Source: Camelus dromedarius
Taxonomy: Eukaryota
Direction of reading: 5' to 3'
DNA length: 64,000 nt
Assembly: GCF_036321535.1 (NCBI RefSeq)
Contig: NC_087436.1
Location: forward strand, 66,714,001 to 66,778,000
Below the pieces are notes generated by a model. The model ran no database searches, was not told where the DNA came from, and saw only the letters and a program-made list of their open reading frames with translations. Both the position numbers and the translations under genes were made by a program. Position 1 is the first letter of the stretch, and the number at the start of each line of letters is the position of its first letter. Below are positions 52,557 to 64,000 of this stretch, piece after piece.

Positions 52557-55500
52557 ATATTTTGATTGAGTCTACACAATGACAAGTGTTTCGAGGTGGA
52601 ATACACCGATGAATACTAAAGCACATGATTAACTGTATAACATTACCACAACACTAAAATAAAAATATTTAAATTTATAGTGAAACTCTAAGGAAGTGAA
52701 TTTATTCTTCACAAACTCTTATAACAAAATTGAGTTTCTTAAAACCAAATTCCATTTATTTCTGCATAAAGAAAATACAGCCAAAATGTCAGATAGACTA
52801 TATACTACTATATGTTGTAAATGAAACGGCCAGTTGACATGCGCCTGAGGACTGCTCCTTGGTTTAATATTGTAGAATGTTTCTTAACTATGTGTATATT
52901 TTGATATAAAAATGAAACTTATTTTATTCTCTATCTTTCCTACTGTATAATTACATATATAATACAAAACAGATAACATAACTTTTCCTTGTACAATTAA
53001 AAAAATGTATCATTATCTTAATTTTATCATGTTAAAGAACTGGCAATTTATTAGTAAAGTACAACTAGTAAAACTTGAGTGAACTTGAAGTAATATACTT
53101 AATACATACAGTGTTTTGTGGTGAGGAAATTACACAATGGGGATCTGGTGGCTTTTCAAATTTTATTCATAACACATACATGCATTTGTCATTTAAGAGC
53201 CCTTAAGACATCTTGAATCACCTCACCACAGTGAAATGGAAAGAAAAAACAAATTCATAAAATTATACTGAAATAATAGTTGGCCTATTCAAGCTGACAC
53301 TTAAGTTATTTTAATACATTGCTCATATTTTTTCAGGTGTTACATTATTCTTTCAATCTTTAATGTATGTGCCTCTAGAGAAAAGTTATTGATATTTTTT
53401 AAACCAATGTTCTAAATACAATTGTGTGAAATCATCCTGAGACTGATGTTATTTAAATAATACTGACGAAAAATTTTGTTAGAGGAATTCTAAAGAGACA
53501 TAAAAAGTATACACGTTCTTGCAGTTTACATTAGAAAACAAACATCCATTCCACCTTCAACTCTCCTACCTTCAAAAAAAAATTAAGCTTTCCAACTTTT
53601 ATCCTCAGTCTTTATCATTAAATAAGCCTCATGGATATTTAAATTGCATGCAAATTCCTCATATGAAAATGGAAATAAACTTTGGTTCTCATCTAAAAAA
53701 TGATTTGGGAACACCTTGGTGAGGAGCGATTAACATTTTAATACCCACGGTGAGAGTCAGGAGGGCAATAGAAAGGAGTTATTTTTGACTACGGGCATCT
53801 CTAGAGTTCTATAACATATACGGCTGCATGTCATATTAACATCTAAAATTAAGTTCTGGAAGCCCCCCAAGCATCATTAAAACAAGCCTTAACAAGATAC
53901 AGCAGGTAAAATTACAGCTGGCAGAGACTGGCACTCCAGCGGTGGTTCAGCCTCGCTAACAAAGCATTGCAGGAAGCCTGTTCATTCAGTACCATCTTCT
54001 GTACCTTGTCCAGTTGCATAATTTTAACCCATCAGACACACTCATTAAATATGCCATTTTGTACAGAAATTAAGACTCCCATCTTCTGGAACTGATTTCT
54101 TTCTGAACAAAAAGAACCCAGCTTCTTCATTTTGCTTCATATCATAATTTTAATGAGTTTTGATGTCATTGTACTAAAAATATCTGTACTGTAATTAGAG
54201 GAATCATCTTCTAGTCATTCCAGAAAACAGCGTTATTTTATTTTTTAGTAGTCGAGGTAGGTATGAGAAGTCATATTAAATGTAGGCATAATTCATATTC
54301 ATGAATGATAGTTATTAAAAGGTACAATAGTGATGCTTCCTATATAATATATAAGCGATTTCATGGGAAATTTAGAAATCAATCTATTTTCTCTCATTTC
54401 CATCCTAAGGATTTGTGTAACATAACCTTGCTAATATTAATGCTGATTTTAAAAACTTGGTCCAAGCCATAACATCTAAATTTGGATATTTAAAATTTCC
54501 ATAATACAAGAAATAGTAAACAGTAATCTTTATGAATGAATGGATGTGCAATGAGTAATTTAGTTCTTGGATATAAATTAAGGATTTGATAATAAGTTAG
54601 AGGTATGAGTGTCAAACCTTCCACAGTACCAAGTGAAGCACAGAATCAGAAATATACTAAATGGCACCGTTATGGCCAATGAGGAAAGACGAGTGAATGG
54701 AAGCCAGAGGAGATTGTAGATCCTTGATCTGCAATAGTCTCCACAGAATCTGGTTTTTCTATTGCTTTAGCCTACAGAAATAAACACTGAATCAACACTT
54801 TCCCCTCTTAGTTCTAAATAAGGTGGGGAGAGGTGCAATGGTCAAAGAAGGAAAGACTTTGCGTTGTGATGTTTTTGAAAGAGTGAGCATATGCAATACC
54901 TGGCTCAGAAATGGACACACCCTATACAGCTCCTCTGTTTTCCAGATGAATTAAGAAATGCTTTACCTATATTTTAAAGCAAAAATATTCAAAAGGAAAC
55001 GCTGCAGCAAACATGAGAGTCGATGTGTTTTGCTTATGGAAAAGAAAGGCTCCTTGTAATTTTAGCCTCTTTTAAAAACACATTTCTCCACCCATGAACT
55101 CCCTTGTTCTGACATAATAATGACCTCTACTACCGCATAATGCTGTATTTAGCAATTTTATTTGCTGGAATCTTGAAAAGAATGTTACAATTTTGGGGGG
55201 AAATAGTTTGACTTTTTCACTTCAAGGTTCTCTCAAACTGAACAAAAGTAGTTTTAATAAAAGCTCAGCTAACTCAGCCTCATAAAAATAGGGAAGCATA
55301 TGAACATTAGCTTATTAATATAGCTAATAAATACTGGAAAAATATTACATTTTATTTTACAGGACCACATTCTTCAATAACAATGTGGGTGCAAATGCAG
55401 TAAAATAGGACTTTGGATATATAGGCTGTCTTGCTAGCATCTGTATACTGGGGTACTGAATTTTGATTCCTTATTGATAGATGTAAGTTACACAGAACAA

Positions 55501-58500
55501 TGTGACTGATTTAGTATTGTTTATTGAAAATTCTCAAGTATACTTCTTGAAGAAAATGTACTCAGTTTGAAAAACATGCTTGCCTTGGATCTGGGAATGG
55601 AGTGATGGTAACACCACATAAAGTGAGGGCAGAGCTTGCTATGGTCCCGTCTCACATTCTGCCAAGGATACTAACCACCCTATGATTGATGGCAATGTGA
55701 GAAGCTAACATTTCTTATTTTATGCCTTATATATCATTTTTTATTTCCATATTCTAAAAGACAAAGAAAGAATAGAAAAGAACACTTCCAACACAGTGTA
55801 GTGCAAATGAATTTGTAGATTTTTCATAGATAAACTCTTCAAATCCTTTTAAACTTAACCATAAGGGGAAGACACAAATACTTGGAAATACTTCAAAAAA
55901 CTCAAAGATGAATTACAGATTTTTCATTATTGAGTTAAATTTTAATTACCTTAGAATTTTGATATAAAAATGCGTTTCATCAGATATGATATGTGAGAAT
56001 CGTTATCTCCCTGTTTTCAACAAGTTTTGTTCTAATGCTAGAGTAGGAAACTTCTTACTCGTTTTTAAACTATTTCATGGATGTGACCATTAGATTTCTC
56101 AATTATAGTAGTCCCACTTAATATCTCCTATGGTCTGAGGTTCTACAGGTATTACTAAATGAGATTTTAGAGTAGTTCATAGTTATATTTTACATAACAA
56201 GCTTTAAATTGGAATTTAATATATTCTCACTCTATATTGCAGGCAAACCTCACATCCGCCTGCCACAAGCACTTTAAATGGGGGTCTAGAATTATAAGGG
56301 ATGATTTTATTCTGTCTTTTCCCTAAATTTATAAAATGGAATAGTACTTCCATATACCTCCCTGGCAGAAACCTGCTGAAGATAAATGAAATAATCTGTT
56401 AAATGTATGTAAAAATAAAACCTTGCTTACTTCAAATTTCAAGAAGTTTTCAGCTAATTAAGACAAAGAAAAATAGTTCATTGAAAAATTGAGGTAATAG
56501 TTAATGTTTCAATGTAATTCATAATCCTTTTGGTCAGAGAAATATGTTTTGCTTTGTTTTTATTCTATTTTCTGAATTATGAGAGAAGTTAGCTTATCCT
56601 TTATGTTTCTAATTAAAAATATTTTTAAAAATAAAATATAATAATTTCTAAAAAAAGAGGTTGACTTCCTAAAAATCATAGAGTAGATAAGTGACCAAAG
56701 TAAGAATTTAATAATATCTCTATTTCATAAAAGTAAACTCTATTTCCATGGATGCTTGAACCCCTAAGAAGAAGTAGTAAGTGATATGAAAACACTGGAA
56801 AGCTTGAAAACTAATGAACAAAGAAAACAGTCTGACATATGTTTGTAAGAAATGCAAGAAAAAGCTACTTTGGAACTATGGGATGTTTCGGAAGAACATG
56901 TAATAAACATTATGTTGTAAATACATATTGATTGCTCTCAGCATAAACACAAGTGAATATCAAGGGGTAAATAATAATGTTGTTTTAGATTTAATTGCAC
57001 ACATTAAAATCTTATTTACATTGAAGACAATCAATTCAACACTGGATGCTTGTGAAAATAGATTGGGGGAGGGTGGAAGGAATGAAACAATGATTAGAGT
57101 CCCAAGCCATTTGAAATGGTATAAAGTCAAAGATCACTGATAAAAAAAAGTATATCTGCTGAAAATGTAGGCAGTCTTGGGGATAGGGTGCCTAAAATCT
57201 AGGCATCGAGTTTCATTCCAAAATTTTACAGAAATATCTTCCATCAATGGGGAGATTTCAGTCAAAGCAGGAAGAAAATTTTAAAAATTAATATTATGCA
57301 TATGTGCACAGATTTCACAACAAAGTAGGCAACTAGAGTGATAAAAAATAATATGAAATCAAAGATGGCAACATGTAATTACCAAATTCATCTCATAAAA
57401 GGCACACCAGGCATTTGAAAAACAATGGAGCATGGCTTCCTGGTGGGAACCACGAGGGTAAAGCTCAGAGATGCACTGCCTTGCAGAAGATTTAATATAG
57501 TTGAATTGCAGAGCCAATGATCTAGATAAATGGTTTTGCAATTATGTTTTTCAGACCCTGAGATTTCTACAAGGTATATTAAGATACTTCTAAAAGCCAG
57601 TATATTTACAATGGTCAATTTTAATGTATCTGCATTGCATTATATTAAGGTCAAAACTATTCACACATATTCACAAGTGGTCTTTCAAGGAATGAAAAAC
57701 CATGAGATTCCAAAATCTCAAAATGTCTAACCTCTGCTGTGTAACTGTAAATAGGTCTGTTCACAAATGATGACAGAATGCTCCTCGGAAGTTATTAATG
57801 TGGTAGTTGACAAACGCTGATATGATTACACACACAAAATTAGGTGACAAGATTTTTTGTATTTTACCGATTCTACTAGGAAGCTTCTTCTTAGCCCTTA
57901 ATTTCCATTATGTTAGGTTGTTTTCTCCCCAATGCTTTCATCTAAGCAAACAGTATCTTTAACTGAAACCTCATAGTGACTAGAAATTATGACATGGAAT
58001 TTGAGAAAGCAGAGCAATAAAAACATACTTAGCTTCCATTCTTCCCAACTAATAATTCTGAACAACTTTATTACTGTCTAATTTATGTAAGATCAATTAA
58101 AGTTTTTTTGTTATATTTCGTTTTGTTTTACCAAGAATGCATTAAAAAATCTAGCTCTCCCATAAATCTTTGCACACAAACTGTTAGCATTTTATTGGGC
58201 ACTGAAGCACATTTGTAGCTAAATCATTTCTGTTTTTTGTGTACACATACACACACACATACATGCACATACACAAGCACACTCACTGAATCCATGATTA
58301 CTAACATTATTTGAAGAAAGATACTAGGCAAAAATTGTTATCTTAGGTTTCCTGGTGTGTTTTTTTAAAAGAAAGTGTTCCACCTTCCCACTTTTCTCAT
58401 TTCTTTTATTTGTTCATTTTATAAACCCCCTGAAGTCAACTACTCAGTAGAAAAATAGACTATTTTTTAAAAATCATGCAATTTAAATCCAGCTACAGTT

Positions 58501-59883
58501 AGTTTTTGCCAATATTTTCTAAGTCATGGCTTCATAAATGTTCATACTCCTATTAAGGTATATTTGAGTGATCATTTTTTGGTTTTTCATGAAGCAGTAA
58601 AAAATACAAAGTCACAGTTTCAAGTCATTTATGTTATACTTCAGGCACTGCCAGATTTCAGAGGTTTTTTGTCTGTTTTTGGTCTGTCACTGAAGCCCCA
58701 GGCTAATATAAGAATCCTGAGTCAGTTAAATAATTAGGAACAAATTTGTACTTTCATATTAACTTCAAAATTTTTTTTCAAATATAAGAATTTCAGAGGA
58801 TTGAGAAAAAGACCTCTGAATTTATCAATCTACTTGTTTACTCTCTCTTGTTTTCAGAAGATCATTGGTACCCATTCCATCACTTTTCCCATCTATGCAT
58901 GCGTCACACTCATTCACACCACAGATTTTTGAATCAACAAAAATAAATTTACACCTAGAGGTTACAAATTACAATTTTAAATGCCCCAAGGTAACCCTAT
59001 AATTCTCCAAAATGCATTTCAGAATATCTTTCCTTGGCAAATTTTGACGACAAATAACAGAGCTATAACATAGTAGTGAAGGGATTTAGACTCTAATCAA
59101 GAAAGAAATTATCTGGAGAATTTCATTTTTTACAAGCTCGCTATTGGGTAAGAGTTCCCCTAAATTTGTGAAGAGAGTTCTCTGGTCTTACGGTCTAGGT
59201 TACAGTTTTCCAGCTATAACCCAGATGTGTACTTAGGATTTGCATTTGTTAATAATTAAGACTATCCCATTTGGACACTGATCCCAAAAATATACATACT
59301 TTATACTTTACTGGTATCAAATTAGGAATATCACCTCTAGTATCTGAAATACTTCAAACTTCAAACTATGAAGAAAACCACTTAAAATTATATGTCTGTT
59401 CTCCAATGCCACATATGTCCACAATGATTATGAAAATAGAAGATCCCAGTTATGTTATGGTCATTCCATGGTTCTGGGAGACAGGAAAGGTGATTTCACC
59501 TTGACAGAAGTAGCATTCTACTTGTAAGTATGATATGGTTTTAAACTTAATGGAACAACAAAAACAGTGACATGTTAAATGTAAAACAGATGCCACAATC
59601 TTACAACTTCCTGGTTTAAATCAGGACCACAGTAAAAGCTTTGGAAGAGAAGTATGAATGCTTGGCACGGGGTGATACGCTCTATATATATTTTATTTGA
59701 AAGTACCCATTGTGAAATCACTTGTCAAGATTCTTTCTGGGGACGCAGTTTCATTCTACTCATCTTTAAGGCATAACTGGCGTGCTAGTAAAATGTACAC
59801 AAATGGAAAAAAAAAGGAATGCTGACAATAATACATATAGGTGGCACAGCACATAGGAGTGAAAGCAGGAGGGGAACACTAAC

Positions 59884-59949
59884 CATATTAGGCTTGGATG
59901 GGCAACAGCGCACAGGGAAGAAGCCCTTCCACAGCCACAATCGCAGCAA
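59884..59949 (-). CDS. EPHA5: EPHA5 alternative Cys-rich juxtamembrane cassette exon (~exon 9), 66 nt, (S)[21 protein letters not shown](W)
   Basis: ttgcttttcAG acceptor and GTTAGT donor; phase 2/2, frame-preserving; matches the recalled EphA5 long-isoform insert. Confidence 0.9.
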
Positions 59950-61388
59950 CTGAAAAGCAAACAAGAGAGCTCAAGATAAGGAAGAGATCCCACTCCCCTG
60001 ATAAAGCATAAAGACACTATGAATTTAGACAGGTGTCTGCTTTGCTTTTCAAAAATCAAAAATCCCTAAATGCATACAATTAATTTTTCCACAATGCCTT
60101 TTAAGTTAAGAAGCATTTTATGGAGTTAAACACAGAGCTGTAGTAGATAATTATTTTCATTTTACTTAAAATGCTTATTCAGTAGGAAATATAATGAGCC
60201 AATATATTTGATTATCCAATTAATACAGACATACGACTAAAGACATAAGCCCATTTAAATATATCTTTCCTCAGAAATTCCTGCAAAATTTATATTCCAA
60301 AGACATTCTAAATAGCCCTGTAAACAAATGTTTTGCAGAGAGCCTACAAATTCAGGCTGGAGAATAATACTGCGTTCATTTGACCCACTGATTTCTTACA
60401 CCAGTGGCATTATTTATCACAGCCTACTGAAAACGTTATGCTTACATGACTTCTCCAATCACTTATGGAAAGCTACCAATTTAAATTTACATTTTCAGAT
60501 TTAAAAAATGCATCTCCATAATATATTTGCAGAGCTATTTCTGTATTAAAAAAAAATCCAAACTATGCAAAATACATGCACTTTTCTGGATATTGCAACA
60601 TTCTAGATTGTTTTAAATTTTCTACATAGTCATAGAAAAAGAAATCCAGAAAATACCAAGTAAATTGTTTAATAAAATGTACTTTGTTGTTACAAACCAC
60701 ATAAACTAATGGCAGAATATAACACAGAAGATATTTAGTGTTTCAATGCATTCACTTTCCAGTATAGTTATTAATTGCACTGATAGTGATTTCAAGAGAA
60801 CTGTGGAGTGAGCTTAGTAATGATACCACACACCAGCAGGCTGAGAGTTTTATCTAAACTCTGTCTCTCTTGAACTCAGTTACTTCAATTGTATCTACTC
60901 TATTTTATATCAAATAATAAGAAGAAAATACAATGCAAACATTCAATATATTTGGAAATGCTAACAAAGGTAGACAAATATTCCCAAATCAACTTCCAAT
61001 GGACCTTTCTCAAAGGAATAGAAGGCACATTCCCTATAGTTTCTCTGGAGCACTGATAATGCTTAGATTTTTCATATTACTAAGCATCTGAGAATTTGGC
61101 TGTCACTAAAATGGCAACTGTGACATTTATTTCCAGTTTGACTACATATATTTTAAAGAAAATGCCGAATAATTATTTTCATTGTAGAGCTACTGAAAGT
61201 CTGAAAGTCAAAGCTACAGTGTAACAAAATGTTAAAATACTTAAAGAGTAGGTAAAGCAATCTGTAAAATACTTTGGCAAATCTTGATACATATTTAATA
61301 ATTATATTTATTTCATTAATGTCATAATTACTGATATCTTAGGTATGTTAACGTTCCTATTGCTTCTGTTTGTATTGGCACTAAGATT

Positions 61389-61595
61389 TGAGGTTAACAA
61401 CTATGGCCCATGGGCCAAATCTAGCCTCCCACTTATTTTTGTAAGTCCGGTGCTATGAAACACAGCCACACTCATTATGGTTATGGCTTCTTTCATGCTG
61501 TCATGGTGAACTTAAGTAGTTGTGACAGAGTATGTGTGGCCTGCAAAGCTGAAAACATTTTACTATCTGGCACTTTAAAGAAAATCTGCCTTCCT
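61389..61595 (+). mobile_element. MER58A hAT-Charlie DNA transposon (orientation uncertain)
   Basis: aactatggcccatgggccaaatctagcc...aaacacagccacactcatt...gtagttgtgacagag...tggcctgcaaagctgaaaacattttactatctggcactttaaagaaaa. Confidence 0.85.
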
Positions 61596-63769
61596 CTTTT
61601 TTTAGACTATTAGTTTCGTGAGATGAAGATGATTTCTTGATCTTTCTTTCTTCACAATTTAAACAGGATGAATGACACAACAAGTAGCTTTACTGTAATT
61701 GGTATTACCTATTGGCACAATTATCTCAATTTACTGGTAGTTATTAATATGGAAAGTTTGCATATATGTGTAAATTTCAAACAGCACAGTTTCAACTCAA
61801 TAAATAATAAATAATAACAGATTGCTGACAAATGTATACACTTGTTTTTCAGCAGTTAAAAAAAGATGACATCATCTCCTAACAAAGCACAAACATCCTA
61901 GTTGAATGTGCACAGTTTACAAACTCATGCAGAACTGCCTAGGAAAGCAAGAACTGCACTGATTGGCCATCACCTACAAAGATTTGTTTAATACTTGATC
62001 AGTGTTCTAAAACCCAAAAAAGTACACTAGAGATTCTAAAAATGTTAACATTTTATGTAGTCCTTTTCATTTGAAAAATTATAAGGCTTTTGTCTTACAA
62101 ATTAGTACATACTCACACACATACACACATACACACAATTCACTGTAACACCAAATCTACAAATTTTAGTCCTCGAAAATTTGTTACCTTATATATCATT
62201 AGATTCCCAATTTATAATTCTGAAAAAAGTTCAATCAAAAATCTGAAATCATGTAAAATCAAACACTTGTTCCTCTATTTTTTTCTAAGTCATTGTTTTA
62301 GATTTTGTACTGATACTTTGACTTGTTTCAAGATGGCATAAATTAATACCTTGGGTACTTAGTTAACTTTGCTGTGTTTTGGCTGACTTCTATAAAATAT
62401 GGATAATAATGAATCCTATCTCGTAGTTTTTGTGAAAATAAAGTGAGAGGATACTTTTCCCTTAGATCAGATATCATATGCTTTGGGAGAAAAGTGGTAG
62501 CTACTACTCTTGGTATTATCATAATCAAAATGATAGAATGGATTCTCATTATCTCAGAGAAATTCATTTTTTCATGATCTATATAATATTACTACATAAG
62601 TATTTCTATTTATAATATAACTAAACTAATTACATTCAGACCAATTCACATAAATACAGATGGCTAATGTAATTAAAGAAAATCATTTCCACAAAACACA
62701 TTTTTTAAGGGTTTAGTGATCAGAACATACTGTGCATTAATATGTCATTAAGAAAATTAAAACTGAAGCTCCTTCTCTATGAATATCTGAAGTGGAATAG
62801 TAATCCCCCAAATTACTCATTTTAAATAAACTCTGAGGATGCTCCCACAGTAACACCTCAGCACCAGATGGTATAAAAAACATGTTCTTTCCTTAATCAA
62901 TAAATACTTGAAGTGCAGGTTGAAAATGCTTAAAGCCTCAGAGATAATTTAGAAATAGAAACCAAAATGTGCTAGAAATAGCAGCCAATCTAATTTATGT
63001 GAGCTATGGTTCAACACAGAGTCCATTTGCATTCCCATCAGATTTTAGCACCTGGAAGTCTGGAAGTAACTGTATGCAGTTATACCAAGATCATTATTAT
63101 CCAAGTTTAAAACAGTTTAGCCCTTCTAGGCTTAAATAGCAAAACTGTTGATCTTTGTTTTAACAAGATATTTTGACTTGTCCTTTGGAAGATTAAAACA
63201 TGATAACAGAAGCTTTCTAGACCCCCAAAAGATTCGAATGAAATTACTTTAGCCAAGCTTTACACAGAGTTGATCAATAAATGTACCAAGTGTGTCAGTG
63301 TAAGTAAGATAACCTCCTTCCTACTGAAGCAAGGTGATTATAAGTCTTGGGAAGAAATTCTCAAAGATACTAGATCAGAGAAGCAAGACTACAGGCTGTG
63401 GATAAATGATGACTCAAATTTCAAAGCAAGAGATCATACAAGTGGATAAGAAAAGCACTAAGATCCCAAAAGATAAATGAGAGAGGCAGGGAGAGTAATT
63501 TCACAAAAGAAGTATTTTAATTAGATAGATAGTATTTTCAGTTTACTGGTTAAAAAAAGGAAGACAATGTAAAGGTTGTGTTATTGATCCATTTTAAATA
63601 AAACGACAGCAACAATAACAAAATGATGGTACTCAGTGCTGGAGGAAAGAGTGTAGTTTGAGCCCTCAAAGGTGGCAGGGCATAGTAAGAAGTATCACCA
63701 GTGCTTTGGAGAATAATCCTCTGAAAGTTATTAAAGGGTGATAAAAATGTCCTTACCTTTTGACAACAC

Positions 63770-63995
63770 TTGGGAGCAAAACAGATAAGATCATGGGGTT
63801 TGTAGTCAAATTAGGAGCAGTCCTGGATGTACCCACTACGAAATGTATAGTTTTTGGTAAACTAGTCATTAATGTAAATGAGATAAATAATAGAAACTAT
63901 ACCATGTAGGGCTACTTTGAAGAGCAAGTTTGATTATACATGTAAAGCTCTCTGAAATGTCCTGGGCTCATAGACAGCACTTAAAAACATTTTAA
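63770..63995 (+). mobile_element. MIR SINE
   Basis: tgtaaatgagataaataatag...catgtaaagctctctgaaatgtcctgggctcatagacagcacttaaaaa. Confidence 0.6.
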
Positions 63996-64000
63996 CTGAT

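Overview
Mammalian genomic DNA (AT-rich, intron-dominated) carrying the 3' half of an ephrin type-A receptor 5 (EPHA5) gene on the minus strand. There are ten GT-AG coding exons (about exons 9-18 in human numbering). They total 1324 nt and splice in frame, encoding a Cys-rich juxtamembrane cassette, the juxtamembrane tyrosine region, the tyrosine kinase domain, the SAM domain and the C-terminus ...NGMVPL*. A multi-kb 3' UTR and ~6.7 kb of downstream sequence follow. A tRNA-derived SINE of the camelid Vic-1 type and young L1 3' ends suggest a camelid genome (inference). The introns hold the usual eutherian repeats (MIR, L2, L1, MER20, MER5A, MER58, MER2-like, LTR remnants). Almost all ORFs in the supplied track are spurious. 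I see no prokaryote-style novel system. The most notable observations are: (1) a stop codon built into the exon-17 donor plus UTR-like polyadenylation signals inside the last intron, implying an alternative SAM-truncated C-terminus; (2) an L1 insertion showing both a twin-priming inversion and an apparent 3' transduction inside a perfect 15-bp TSD; (3) a Cys-rich cassette exon with a neural-type splice context; (4) clustered miRNA seed matches in the 3' UTR. Repeat family names and cross-species comparisons come from recalled consensus sequences, not database searches.
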